From the NCBI GenBank assembly GCA_964016885.1, contig OZ024742.1, forward strand, positions 235,910,001-235,974,000: DNA of 64,000 bases. Reading direction: 5' to 3'. Under the pieces are notes generated by a model. The model had not been told where the DNA came from, searched no databases, and saw only the letters and a program-made list of their open reading frames with translations. Position numbers and translations under genes: made by a program. This DNA is from Eledone cirrhosa (taxonomy: Eukaryota). Numbering within the stretch: the stretch's first letter is position 1; each line of letters starts with the position of its first letter. This document shows positions 37,966-50,896 of the stretch, piece by piece.

Positions 37966-38037
37966 GAGATCAATCGGAAATTGAACTCGGGAACTCCGAC
38001 ACTCGTAGCTAGAAATATACCCCTAGAAAAATAAATC
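37966..38037 (-). pseudogene. Ancient tRNA-Pro relic slot J (recurs in each unit)
   Basis: CGGAAATTGAACTCGGGAACTCCGACACTCGTAGCTAGAAATATACCCCTAGA. Confidence 0.6.
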
Positions 38038-38119
38038 TACTTCGTCTATGTAAACTATTGTAGTTGTCTCTAGGCGATAAAAATTCACTTCTCATACATA
38101 ATTATTACTACTTTCTAAA

Positions 38120-38780
38120 GTCGTATAAACATGTAAATGGAGTTCCACTGAAGCAGGTGGGGAAATTCAATTATTTCGGGGTCGTGTTCACGTGTGATGG
38201 AAGCCAGGAGGCTGACTTAAGTGCAAGAATTACAGGAGGTTGTGCAGTAATACGCCAGATTTAGCATATAGCAATGAGAAGAAGGGGAGTAGGCGTAAAA
38301 CCAAACTTGTTATCTTCAATTCTGTATTCGTGCCAAGCCAAACCTATGGTCAATAATCTTGAATAATGAACTAAAGAATACGATCACGAATACTAGCAGG
38401 CGAAATGGGGTTCCACCGAAGGGTCTTTGGACAAACGTTAATCGATAAAGTGCGTAACTCGGAGACCAGAGAGTCACTAAAATAGAGCCGCTACTTCTCC
38501 GAATTGAGAGATTACAACTCCGATACTACGGGCATGTAGTTAGATTGGCTCAGTAAAGAATCGCTGGACAGATTTTACGGGCAAAACCAAGCTGCGGGAG
38601 ACCCAGTGGTACACTACGATCAAGGTGGTTGGATAACATCCATGAGCTTGGCTAGTCTTGCTTGGTGTTACAGCAGGGTCTATTGGAGACGGTAGCTTCT
38701 GACAAGGACCCGCTGGAAGAGGCGTTTAAGGACTCTATCCCCACGACCCTTTCAGTAATAAGTAGGGGAAGGAGTATATT
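38120..38780 (+). mobile_element. RTE LINE 3' fragment in unit 1
   Basis: VNGVPLKQVGKFNYFG..ARITGG, post-RT region with stop codons. Confidence 0.8.
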
Positions 38781-39158
38781 AATGTTCAGCAGCTGGGTCG
38801 TTAGTTATGGATCTGATCTACTTTGCTTGCGGGGAGTGAGTCGGTCTCAGTTCCAAATCTCGAATAAGTTATTTCTTGTTTCTCGATTTAATAAACTATT
38901 TTAAAATAAATGCCGCGTTATGTTTAATTCTAGTAAATACATTGTAGTAATACAATGACTCTCGATTTCGATTATATCGACTCAATGTTCAAAGTACAAA
39001 TTATCCAGAGTGGGTTTTCTTTTCATTTTAATGTATTTTGTTTGGTTCAAGTAATTAACATCTTCATACTAATATCTTTCCATGAAGGAATAATGAAATG
39101 AAAGAGCCGAACATCTCTTTTAAAATATCGATAGAGAATATATTTGTTGAAAATGTGA

Positions 39159-39230
39159 AAATCCTTTGACTCGAGGTACGATTCTCGCTTTGAGAACAAG
39201 ATGCTACGAGTTCAAATCCTAGATGAGTCC
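39159..39230 (+). pseudogene. tRNA-Pro relic slot G (recurs at ~44188, 49218, 54248, 59278)
   Basis: GGTACGATTCTCGCTTTGAGA..GAGTTCAAATCCTAGATGAGTCC followed by a T-run. Confidence 0.65.
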
Positions 39231-39322
39231 TTTTTAATATAGACGAGTACTTTTAAATTTGCTTTTCATATAATTTCTTACTGGACAGCAGAAAATAGCG
39301 TTAGTATCATAACATCTAATTA

Positions 39323-39394
39323 GGGTTCGTCCGGGATATGAAAGCCTTCCCCTCGACTCCTAAGCGAAAATCATTCATCAAAACCAAGGAGACC
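39323..39394 (-). pseudogene. tRNA-Pro(AGG) relic slot H (recurs at 44353, 49383, 54413, 59443)
   Basis: GGGTTCGTCCGGGATATGAA..CCTAAGCGAAAATCAT..ACCAAG. Confidence 0.65.
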
Positions 39395-39794
39395 ACTGAT
39401 TAAAAACTTCCAATTTTATTATAAATAGTAAACGTGTTATATCAAATTTAAAATACCTAACGTATCTTATATTGTCTGTGAGAAACCACAAAGAAAACTG
39501 TCTACTTTGCTGATTATTCTATCATAACCATATTCTTTAACAAAGAATTCAACGTTACAACTTTATAATTTCGTGTTATTCATTTATCATTATTGAAAAG
39601 TTAAAAACATAAACTTAGACCAGCCGGTCCATTTGTAGATGGTTGTTTCATATACAACCTTCTTGAAAGTGTGTTTGAGAGCAGTCACCACGGCTGCCCT
39701 GTCAAGAATTGTTAATATTCAAAAGCAAGAAGAAGAAAAAGCTTTCGAATATTGAAGAAAACCCCTTTTGAAAGCAAGAAAAAAATTATAGGAT

Positions 39795-39866
39795 GGGCTC
39801 GCCCGGGATTTGAACCCGGGACCTCTCGCACCCAAAGCGAGAATCATACCCCTAGACCAACGAGCC
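39795..39866 (-). tRNA. trnP-TGG: tRNA-Pro(UGG) slot A, U7:G66 variant
   Basis: Full cloverleaf, single A66>G change giving a wobble pair, T-run terminator. Confidence 0.92.
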
Positions 39867-40246
39867 AATCATTATTATCTGCTTAAATATATCCTAGTAA
39901 TTATAGTTTGAATGTTACATGTAAAAGAGACTCTGACTGACTGTTATGTTGGGAACATTTTTTGTTTGTTTGCTTTTTAATTTTAATTTATTTTATTATG
40001 TTTCTACATGTCTAGGATTTTGAGGACACCCGGTCTATTCTTCAAACTTAATTCCACTTCTCAATCATGTCCAAATATCAATAAATCAATAACATCAACC
40101 CAATAATCACAATTGACGACATAACATTATTATTACACTTTTTTTATAAAGCATATGACGTGGCCAATTGCAGAAAGTGTCATATATTTGCAAAGTAATA
40201 TAAACTTACTGCTTTTAGTATATTAATTTGAACGTATTTACCAGTT

Positions 40247-40318
40247 GGTTCGTTGGTCTAGGGGTATGATTTTCGCTTAGGGTGCGAGAGGTCCCGGGTT
40301 CAAATCCCGGACGAGCCC
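40247..40318 (+). tRNA. trnP-AGG: tRNA-Pro(AGG) slot B
   Basis: Identical to the other B copies. Confidence 0.9.
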
Positions 40319-40764
40319 AAGCTTTTTGGAATTTTTTTTAACATAAGGCTATTTTCTGTCACACTGTGTTGACTTGGATGTAATGTATATGTTTTTCAGG
40401 TATCATCTAATCTTTTTTTTACTTTTTAGAACTATTAGTATAACAGTCTGTGATGAAAAAAAAAGCTCAATTTAAAACAACTAAATGCAAGCTCTATATA
40501 ATTTCTGAGTAACAGAGAGTATTTACATCTGTTTACGTTTCCGTGGTCTGGTTTATATGCAGAAAAATAGTAAAACTCTACAGACGTCGATCAGTATTGG
40601 TCACTCAGATTTACTTGTAGTATTTAACATATTGGATTTAAAAGAAAACAATAGGGGTTGTGGCAAACGTCGAGATCATCCGGAAAGAAGAACAAGAAAA
40701 GGAACTTTTGTGTACTGAACAAAAACTGTTTTGTCTTTTTTGAAAAAAAATAAGAGGTTATAAT

Positions 40765-40836
40765 GAGCTGGTCAAGGATTTGAAGCCGTGATCTCTCGCA
40801 CCCAAAGCGAGAATCATACCCCTAGACCAAAGAGCC
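40765..40836 (-). pseudogene. tRNA-Pro(UGG) slot C
   Basis: Array copy, 3' half decayed. Confidence 0.8.
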
Positions 40837-41170
40837 AGCCACGTTCTAAATAAATACGTACTAGTAATTATAGCGTTAATACTAGTTGTAACTGAGACTC
40901 TGACTGACTGTTAATTTGGAGAGGCATTTTTTGTTTCTTTTATAACTTTCATTTATTTTATCATGTTTTGAGTTGTCGAGGTTTTTTAGGTCTTTTGGTC
41001 ACTTCTTAAATCAATAGTCCACTTCTCAATCATATCAAAATATCAATAAATCAATAACATAGCCTCATCCAGTATATGAAGTGGCCAATTGTTGAAAGTG
41101 TAATGGTAGCTGTGCGAATTAACATAATATGGTTGCGATTTGTAATATAATGTGTATTTATTTACCAGTT

Positions 41171-41243
41171 GGCTCGTTGGTCTAGGGGTATGACTTTTAG
41201 CTCAGGCTGCAAGAGGTCCCGGATTCATATTCTGGACGAGCCC
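41171..41243 (+). pseudogene. tRNA-Pro-like slot D
   Basis: Identical to 36134-36206. Confidence 0.7.
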
Positions 41244-41647
41244 AATCGTTTAGAAACATTTTTTTTTTAATTATAAACCTATTTTCTGTCGCACTTTGTA
41301 TACTTAGATGGAATGTATATTTAAATGTATATGCGCAAAACAATAAAGAAAACTGTCTAATTAGTTGATTATTCTATCATAACCATATTTTTTAACAAAC
41401 AAGGAAAAGTTACAACTTTATAATTTCATGTTATACATTTATTATTATTGAAAAGTTAAAACCATAAACTTAGACCAGCCGGTTCATTTGTAGAAGGTTG
41501 CTTTAGATAAAACCTTCTAAAGCGTGTTTGAAGGCACAGTCCCCACGGTTCTCTCAAGAATTGTAAACATTTATCATTGATAATCTTGCAGCTTAAGATG
41601 CTTCAAGAAGAAGAAAAAGAAAAAAAAAACTTTTAAAATGATAAGTT

Positions 41648-41719
41648 GGGCTCGTCCGGGATTTTAACCCGGGACCTCTCGCACCCAAAGCGAGAATCAT
41701 ACCCCTAGACCAACGAGCC
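41648..41719 (-). pseudogene. tRNA-Pro(UGG) slot E with C56>A (B box broken)
   Basis: T loop reads GTTAAAAT. Confidence 0.7.
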
Positions 41720-42843
41720 ACGTGCAACACACTGATTTAATATATACTAATAATTATACTTTTAATGTTAGTTGTACCTGATTCTCTGACTGACTGTTAT
41801 GTTGGAAAGACAATTTTTTGTTTCTTTTTTAACCTTAATTTATTGTATTATGTTTCCTGATGTCGAGATTTTCTACGTCACCCGGTCCACCCTTTAATCT
41901 ATAGTCCGCTTCTCAATCATATCAAAATACCAATAAATCAATAACATCTACTCTATAATCAAAATTGGCTCTACAACATCACACTTTTATAGAACATATG
42001 ACGAATAGGCTACGTTGCCGGTCACGGCAAAGTAGATAAACATGCTTTATAAGCATAATACACATGTAAACCCTTATTTTGCCACTAAATAATAAATAGT
42101 GTTTTAGAACCCAGGTATTGACTAATATCTTTAACCCAGGAGATGACTTTCTGCTAAAATTTTTAATTTCGCAAATATTTGACTTACTGCTAACATTCGT
42201 AATTTCGAAAATATTCCACTCTGCTAAAATTCTAAAATCATAGAAAAGGGTACCACCACTCTATCTTTTTTTTTTCACATTTGGTAACACTCTGTGATGG
42301 AAAAAGAAGCCCAATTAAAAAAATAAATGCAAGCACTATATCATTTCTAAGTAACAAAAACTATTTACATCTTTTTATGTTTTCAAAGCCTGATTTATAT
42401 GGAAAATAATAATAATAAAACACTATAGACGTCGACCAGCATTGGTCACTCTGCTTTACTTGTAGTATTTTACATACTGGGTTTTAAAAGAAACCATAGG
42501 GGTTGTGGGAAACGTCGAGATCAAATGGAAAGTGAACTCGGGAACTCCGACATTCGAAGATAGAAATGTAATCCCAAGACTAATAATCCCTCACTTCTTC
42601 GTCTATATAAACTATTGTATTTAAGTTAAAACCACAACCTTAGACTAGCCGGATCATTTGTAGACGGTTGCTTTTTATAACACCTTTTGGAAAGCGTGTC
42701 TGAGGGCACGGTCTCCACGACCCTCTCAAGAATTGTTAACGTTTATCACTGAAAAGGTTGCAGCTTAAAATCCTTCAAACAGAAGTAGAAGAAAAATAAA
42801 TATTTGTGTACTGAACAAGAACTCAAAAAATAAAAGAGAGGTT

Positions 42844-42909
42844 GGGCTCGTCCGGGATTTGAACCCGGGACCTCTCGCACCCAAAGCGAGAATCATAGAC
42901 CAACGAGCC
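42844..42909 (-). pseudogene. tRNA-Pro(UGG) slot F
   Basis: Same 6-nt D-loop deletion. Confidence 0.85.
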
Positions 42910-43148
42910 ACGCACAGCAGTGGTCACTCAGATTTACATGTAGTATTTTACATATTGGCTTTAAAAGGAAACAATAGGGGGTGTGAGAAAAGGTGAGATC
43001 AATCGGAAATTGAACTCGGGAACTCCGACACTCGTAGCTAGAAATATACCCCTAGAAAAATAAATCTACTTCGTCTATGTAAACTATTGTAGTTGTCTCT
43101 AGGCGATAAAAATTCACTTCTCATACATAATTATTACTACTTTCTAAA

Positions 43149-43809
43149 GTCGTATAAACATGTAAATGGAGTTCCACTGAAGCAGGTGGGGAAATTCAAT
43201 TATTTCGGGGTCGTGTTCACGTGTGATGGAAGCCAGGAGGCTGACTTAAGTGCAAGAATTACAGGAGGTTGTGCAGTAATACGCCAGATTTAGCATATAG
43301 CAATGAGAAGAAGGGGAGTAGGCGTAAAACCAAACTTGTTATCTTCAATTCTGTATTCGTGCCAAGCCAAACCTATGGTCAATAATCTTGAATAATGAAC
43401 TAAAGAATACGATCACGAATACTAGCAGGCGAAATGGGGTTCCACCGAAGGGTCTTTGGACAAACGTTAATCGATAAAGTGCGTAACTCGGAGACCAGAG
43501 AGTCACTAAAATAGAGCCGCTACTTCTCCGAATTGAGAGATTACAACTCCGATACTACGGGCATGTAGTTAGATTGGCTCAGTAAAGAATCGCTGGACAG
43601 ATTTTACGGGCAAAACCAAGCTGCGGGAGACCCAGTGGTACACTACGATCAAGGTGGTTGGATAACATCCATGAGCTTGGCTAGTCTTGCTTGGTGTTAC
43701 AGCAGGGTCTATTGGAGACGGTAGCTTCTGACAAGGACCCGCTGGTAGGTGCGTTTAAGGACTCTATCCCCACGACCCTTTCAGTAATAAGTAGGGGAAG
43801 GAGTATATT
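43149..43809 (+). mobile_element. RTE 3' fragment, unit 2
   Basis: Array copy. Confidence 0.8.
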
Positions 43810-44824
43810 AATGTTCAGCAGCTGGGTCGTTAGTTATGGATCTGATCTACTTTGCTTGCGGGGAGTGAGTGGGTCCCAGTTCCAAATCTCGAATAAGTTC
43901 TTTCTTGTTTCTCGATTTAATAAACTATTTTAAAATAAATGCCGCGTTATGTTTAATTCTAGTAAATACATTGTAGTAATACAATGATTCTCGATTTCGA
44001 TTATATCGACTCAATGTTCAAAGTACAAATTATCCAGAGTGGATTTTCTTTTCATTTTAATGTATTTTGTTTGGTTCAAGTAATTAATATCTTCATACTA
44101 ATATCTTTCCATGAAGGAATAATGAAATGAAAGAGCCGAACATCTCTTTTAAAATATCGATAAAGAATATATTTGTTGAAAATGTGAAAATCCTTTGACT
44201 CGAGGTACGATTCTCGCTTTGAGAACAAGATGCTACGAGTTCAAATCCTAGATGAGTCCTTTTTAATTTAAAACGAGTACTTTTAAATTTACTTTTCATA
44301 TAATTTCTTACAGCCCAGCAGAAAATAGCGTTAGAATCATAAAATTTAATTAGGGCTCATCCGGGATATGAAAGCCTTTCCCCTCGACGCCTAAGCGAAA
44401 ATCATTCACCAAAACCAAGGAGACCACTGATTAAAAACTTCCAATTATATTATAAATAGTAAACGTGTTATATCAAATTTAAAATACCTAACATATCTTA
44501 TATTGTCTGTGAGAAACAACAAAGAAAACTGTCTACTTTGCTGATTATTCTATCATAAGCATATTCTTTAACAAATAAGGCAACGTTACAACTTTATAAT
44601 TTCGTGTTATTCATTTATCATTATTGAAAAGATAAAAACATAAACTTTGACCAGCCGGTCCATTTGTAGATGGTTGTTTCATATACAACCTTCTTGAAAG
44701 TGTGTTTGAGAGCAGTCACCACGGCTGCCCTGTCAAGAATTGTTAATATTCAAAAGCAAGAAGAAGAAAAAGCTTTCGAATATTGAAGAAAACCCCTTTT
44801 GAAAGCAAAAAAAAATTGAAGGAT

Positions 44825-44896
44825 GGGCTCGCCCGGGATTTGAACCCGGGACCTCTCGCACCCAAAGCGAGAATCATACCCCTAGACCAACGAGCC
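44825..44896 (-). tRNA. trnP-TGG: tRNA-Pro(UGG) slot A
   Basis: Identical to 39795-39866. Confidence 0.92.
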
Positions 44897-45276
44897 AATC
44901 ATTATTATCTGCTTAAATATATCCTAGTAATTATAGTTTGAATGTTACATGTAAAAGAGACTCTGACTGACTGTTATGTTGGGAACATTTTTTGTTTGTT
45001 TGCTTTTTAATTTTAATTTATTTTATTATGTTTCTACATGTCTAGGATTTTGAGGACACCCGGTCTATTCTTCAAACTTAATTCCACTTCTCAATCATGT
45101 CCAAATATCAATAAATCAATAACATCAACCCAATAATCACAATTGACGACATAACATTATTATTACACTTTTTTTATAAAGCATATGACGTGGCCAATTG
45201 CAGAAAGTGTCATATATTTGCAAAGTAATATAAACTTACTGCTTTTAGTATATTAATTTGAACGTATTTACCAGTT

Positions 45277-45348
45277 GGTTCGTTGGTCTAGGGGTATGAT
45301 TTTCGCTTAGGGTGCGAGAGGTCCCGGGTTCAAATCCCGGACGAGCCC
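45277..45348 (+). tRNA. trnP-AGG: tRNA-Pro(AGG) slot B
   Basis: Array copy. Confidence 0.9.
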
Positions 45349-45794
45349 AAGCTTTTTGGAATTTTTTTTAACATAAGGCTATTTTCTGTCACACTGTGTT
45401 GACTTGGATGTAATGTATATGTTTTTCAGGTATCATCTAATCTTTTTTTTACTTTTTAGAACTATTAGTATAACAGTCTGTGATGAAAAAAAAAGCTCAA
45501 TTTAAAACAACTAAATGCAAGCTCTATATAATTTCTGAGTAACAGAGAGTATTTACATCTGTTTACGTTTCCGTGGTCTGGTTTATATGCAGAAAAATAG
45601 TAAAACTCTACAGACGTCGATCAGTATTGGTCACTCAGATTTACTTGTAGTATTTAACATATTGGATTTAAAAGAAAACAATAGGGGTTGTGGCAAACGT
45701 CGAGATCATCCGGAAAGAAGAACAAGAAAAGGAACTTTTGTGTACTGAACAAAAACTGTTTTGTTTTTTTTGAAAAAAAATAAGAGGTTATAAT

Positions 45795-45866
45795 GAGCTG
45801 GTCAAGGATTTGAAGCCGTGATCTCTCGCACCCAAAGCGAGAATCATACCCCTAGACCAAAGAGCC
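45795..45866 (-). pseudogene. tRNA-Pro(UGG) slot C
   Basis: Array copy. Confidence 0.8.
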
Positions 45867-46200
45867 AGCCACGTTCTAAATAAATACGTACTAGTAATTA
45901 TAGCGTTAATACTAGTTGTAACTGAGACTCTGACTGACTGTTAATTTGGAGAGGCATTTTTTGTTACTTTTATAACTTTCATTTATTTTATCATGTTTTG
46001 AGTTGTCGAGGTTTTTTAGGTCTTTTGGTCACTTCTTAAATCAATAGTCCACTTCTCAATCATATCAAAATATCAATAAATCAATAACATAGCCTCATCC
46101 AGTATATGAAGTGGCCAATTGTTGAAAGTGTAATGGTAGCTGTGCGAATTAACATAATATGGTTGCGATTTGTAATATAATGTGTATTTATTTACCAGTT

Positions 46201-46273
46201 GGCTCGTTGGTCTAGGGGTATGACTTTTAGCTCAGGCTGCAAGAGGTCCCGGATTCATATTCTGGACGAGCCC
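46201..46273 (+). pseudogene. tRNA-Pro-like slot D
   Basis: Array copy. Confidence 0.7.
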
Positions 46274-46677
46274 AATCGTTTAGAAACATTTTTTTAAAAA
46301 TTATAAACCTATTTTCTGTCGCACTTTGTATACTTAGATGGAATGTATATTTAAATGTATATGCGCAAAACAATAAAGAAAACTGTCTAATTAGTTGATT
46401 ATTCTATCATAACCATATTTTTTAACAAACAAGGAAAAGTTACAACTTTATAATTTCATGTTATACATTTATTATTATTGAAAAGTTAAAACCATAACCT
46501 TAGACCAGCCGGTTCATTTGTAGAAGGTTGCTTTAGATAAAACCTTCTAAAGCGTGTTTGAAGGCACAGTCCCCACGGTTCTCTCAAGAATTGTAAACAT
46601 TTATCATTGATAATCTTGCAGCTTAAGATGCTTCAAGAAGAAGAAAAAGAAAAAAAAAACTTTTAAAATGATAAGTT

Positions 46678-46749
46678 GGGCTCGTCCGGGATTTGAACTC
46701 GGGACCTCTCGCACCCAAAGCGAGAATCATACCCCTAGACCAACGAGCC
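46678..46749 (-). tRNA. trnP-TGG: tRNA-Pro(UGG) slot E with G52>A (A:C mismatch in T stem)
   Basis: T arm CCGAG-TTCAAAT-CCCGG; otherwise canonical. Confidence 0.7.
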
Positions 46750-47873
46750 ACGTGCAACGCCCTGATTTAATATATACTAATAATTATACTTTTAATGTTA
46801 GTTGTACCTGATTCTCTGACTAACTGTTATGTTGGAAAGACAATTTTTTGTTTCTTTTTTAACCTTAATTTATTGTATTATGTTGCCTGATGTCGAGATT
46901 TTCTACGTCACCCGGTCCACCCTTTAATCTATAGTCCGCTTCTCAATCATATCAAAATACCAATAAATCAATAACATCTACTCTATAATCAAAATTGGCT
47001 CTACAACATCACACTTTTATAGAACATATGACGAATAGGCTACGTTGCCGGTCACGGCAAAATAGATAAACATGCTTTATAAGCATAATACACATGTAAA
47101 CCCTTATTTTGCCACTAAATAATAAATAGTGTTTTAGAACCCAGGTATTGACTAATATCTTTAACCCAGGAGATGACTTTCTGCTAAAATTTTTAATTTC
47201 GCAAATATTTGACTTACTGCTAACATTCGTAATTTCGAAAATATTCCACTCTGCTAAAATTCTAAAATCATAGAAAAGGGTACCACCACTCTATCTTTTT
47301 TTTTTCACATTTGGTAACACTCTGTGATGGAAAAAGAAGCCCAATTAAAAAAATAAATGCAAGCACTATATCATTTCTAAGTAACAAAAACTATTTACAT
47401 CTTTTTACGTTTTCAAGGCCTGATTTATATGGAAAATAATAATAATAAAACACTATAGACGTCGATCAGCATTGGTCACTCTGCTTTACTTGTAGTATTT
47501 TACATACTGGGTTTTAAAAGAAACCATAGGGGTTGTGGGAAACGTCGAGATCAAATGGAAAGTGAACTCGGGAACTCCGACATTCGAAGATAGAAATGTA
47601 ATCCCAAGACTAATAATCCCTCACTTCTTCGTCTATATAAACTATTGTATTTAAGTTAAAACCACAACCTTAGACTAGCCGGATCATTTGTAGACGGTTG
47701 CTTTTTATAACACCTTTTGGAAAGCGTGTCTGAGGGCACGGTCTCCACGACCCTCTCAAGAATTGTTAACGTTTATCACTGAAAAGGTTGCAGCTTAAAA
47801 TCCTTCAAACAGAAGTAGAAGAAAAATAAATATTTGTGTACTGAACAAGAACTCAAAAAATAAAAGAGAGGTT

Positions 47874-47939
47874 GGGCTCGTCCGGGATTTGAACCCGGGA
47901 CCTCTCGCACCCAAAGCGAGAATCATAGACCAACGAGCC
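47874..47939 (-). pseudogene. tRNA-Pro(UGG) slot F
   Basis: D-loop deletion. Confidence 0.85.
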
Positions 47940-48178
47940 ACGCACAGCAGTGGTCACTCAGATTTACATGTAGTATTTTACATATTGGCTTTAAAAGGAA
48001 ACAATAGGGGGTGTGAGAAAAGGTGAGATCAATCGGAAATTGAACTCGGGAACTCCGACACTCGTAGCTAGAAATATACCCCTAGAAAAATAAATCTACT
48101 TCGTCTATGTAAACTATTGTAGTTGTCTCTAGGCGATAAAAATTCACTTCTCATACATAATTATTACTACTTTCTAAA

Positions 48179-48839
48179 GTCGTATAAACATGTAAATGGA
48201 GTTCCACTGAAGCAGGTGGGGAAATTCAATTATTTCGGGGTCGTGTTCACGTGTGATGGAAGCCAGGAGGCTGACTTAAGTGCAAGAATTACAGGAGGTT
48301 GTGCAGTAATACGCCAGATTTAGCATATAGCAATGAGAAGAAGGGGAGTAGGCGTAAAACCAAACTTGTTATCTTCAATTCTGTATTCGTGCCAAGCCAA
48401 ACCTATGGTCAATAATCTTGAATAATGAACTAAAGAATACGATCACGAATACTAGCAGGCGAAATGGGGTTCCACCGAAGGGTCTTTGGACAAACGTTAA
48501 TCGATAAAGTGCGTAACTCGGAGACCAGAGAGTCACTAAAATAGAGCCGCTACTTCTCCGAATTGAGAGATTACAACTCCGATACTACGGGCATGTAGTT
48601 AGATTGGCTCAGTAAAGAATCGCTGGACAGATTTTACGGGCAAAACCAAGCTGCGGGAGACCCAGTGGTACACTACGATCAAGGTGGTTGGATAACATCC
48701 ATGAGCTTGGCTAGTCTTGCTTGGTGTTACAGCAGGGTCTATTGGAGACGGTAGCTTCTGACAAGGACCCGCTGGTAGGTGCGTTTAAGGACTCTATCCC
48801 CACGACCCTTTCAGTAATAAGTAGGGGAAGGAGTATATT
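48179..48839 (+). mobile_element. RTE 3' fragment, unit 3
   Basis: Array copy. Confidence 0.8.
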
Positions 48840-49854
48840 AATGTTCAGCAGCTGGGTCGTTAGTTATGGATCTGATCTACTTTGCTTGCGGGGAGTGAGT
48901 GGGTCCCAGTTCCAAATCTCGAATAAGTTCTTTCTTGTTTCTCGATTTAATAAACTATTTTAAAATAAATGCCGCGTTATGTTTAATTCTAGTAAATACA
49001 TTGTAGTAATACAATGATTCTCGATTTCGATTATATCGACTCAATGTTCAAAGTACAAATTATCCAGAGTGGATTTTCTTTTCATTTTAATGTATTTTGT
49101 TTGGTTCAAGTAATTAATATCTTCATACTAATATCTTTCCATGAAGGAATAATGAAATGAAAGAGCCGAACATCTCTTTTAAAATATCGATAAAGAATAT
49201 ATTTGTTGAAAATGTGAAAATCCTTTGACTCGAGGTACGATTCTCGCTTTGAGAACAAGATGCTACGAGTTCAAATCCTAGATGAGTCCTTTTTAATTTA
49301 AAACGAGTACTTTTAAATTTACTTTTCATATAATTTCTTACAGCCCAGCAGAAAATAGCGTTAGAATCATAAAATTTAATTAGGGCTCATCCGGGATATG
49401 AAAGCCTTTCCCCTCGACGCCTAAGCGAAAATCATTCACCAAAACCAAGGAGACCACTGATTAAAAACTTCCAATTATATTATAAATAGTAAACGTGTTA
49501 TATCAAATTTAAAATACCTAACATATCTTATATTGTCTGTGAGAAACAACAAAGAAAACTGTCTACTTTGCTGATTATTCTATCATAAGCATATTCTTTA
49601 ACAAATAAGGCAACGTTACAACTTTATAATTTCGTGTTATTCATTTATCATTATTGAAAAGATAAAAACATAAACTTTGACCAGCCGGTCCATTTGTAGA
49701 TGGTTGTTTCATATACAACCTTCTTGAAAGTGTGTTTGAGAGCAGTCACCACGGCTGCCCTGTCAAGAATTGTTAATATTCAAAAGCAAGAAGAAGAAAA
49801 AGCTTTCGAATATTGAAGAAAACCCCTTTTGAAAGCAAAAAAAAATTGAAGGAT

Positions 49855-49926
49855 GGGCTCGCCCGGGATTTGAACCCGGGACCTCTCGCACCCAAAGCGA
49901 GAATCATACCCCTAGACCAACGAGCC
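49855..49926 (-). tRNA. trnP-TGG: tRNA-Pro(UGG) slot A
   Basis: Array copy. Confidence 0.92.
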
Positions 49927-50306
49927 AATCATTATTATCTGCTTAAATATATCCTAGTAATTATAGTTTGAATGTTACATGTAAAAGAGACTCTGACTGA
50001 CTGTTATGTTGGGAACATTTTTTGTTTGTTTGCTTTTTAATTTTAATTTATTTTATTATGTTTCTACATGTCTAGGATTTTGAGGACACCCGGTCTATTC
50101 TTCAAACTTAATTCCACTTCTCAATCATGTCCAAATATCAATAAATCAATAACATCAACCCAATAATCACAATTGACGACATAACATTATTATTACACTT
50201 TTTTTATAAAGCATATGACGTGGCCAATTGCAGAAAGTGTCATATATTTGCAAAGTAATATAAACTTACTGCTTTTAGTATATTAATTTGAACGTATTTA
50301 CCAGTT

Positions 50307-50378
50307 GGTTCGTTGGTCTAGGGGTATGATTTTCGCTTAGGGTGCGAGAGGTCCCGGGTTCAAATCCCGGACGAGCCC
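50307..50378 (+). tRNA. trnP-AGG: tRNA-Pro(AGG) slot B
   Basis: Array copy; first T-run interrupted (TATTT), next T6 about 15 nt downstream. Confidence 0.88.
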
Positions 50379-50824
50379 AAGCTATTTGGAATGTTTTTTA
50401 ACATAAGGCTATTTTCTGTCACACTGTGTTGACTTGGATGTAATGTATATGTTTTTCAGGTATCATCTAATCTTTTTTTTACTTTTTAGAACTATTAGTA
50501 TAACAGTCTGTGATGAAAAAAAAAGCTCAATTTAAAACAACTAAATGCAAGCTCTATATAATTTCTGAGTAACAGAGAGTATTTACATCTGTTTACGTTT
50601 CCGTGGTCTGGTTTATATGCAGAAAAATAGTAAAACTCTACAGACGTCGATCAGTATTGGTCACTCAGATTTACTTGTAGTATTTAACATATTGGATTTA
50701 AAAGAAAACAATAGGGGTTGTGGCAAACGTCGAGATCATCCGGAAAGAAGAACAAGAAAAGGAACTTTTGTGTACTGAACAAAAACTGTTTTGTTTTTTT
50801 TGAAAAAAAATAAGAGGTTATAAT

Positions 50825-50896
50825 GAGCTGGTCAAGGATTTGAAGCCGTGATCTCTCGCACCCAAAGCGAGAATCATACCCCTAGACCAAAGAGCC
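50825..50896 (-). pseudogene. tRNA-Pro(UGG) slot C
   Basis: Array copy. Confidence 0.8.

Noticed and set aside
38064-38904. Recurrent 66-aa and 80-aa ORFs as a tandem protein gene family
   Set aside because: They are stop-interrupted pieces of an RTE ORF2 C-terminus copied with the array
39159-39230. Slot G as a Pro-to-Ser (UGA anticodon) switched tRNA
   Set aside because: Acceptor, anticodon and T stems are all disrupted, so the TGA is best explained by decay
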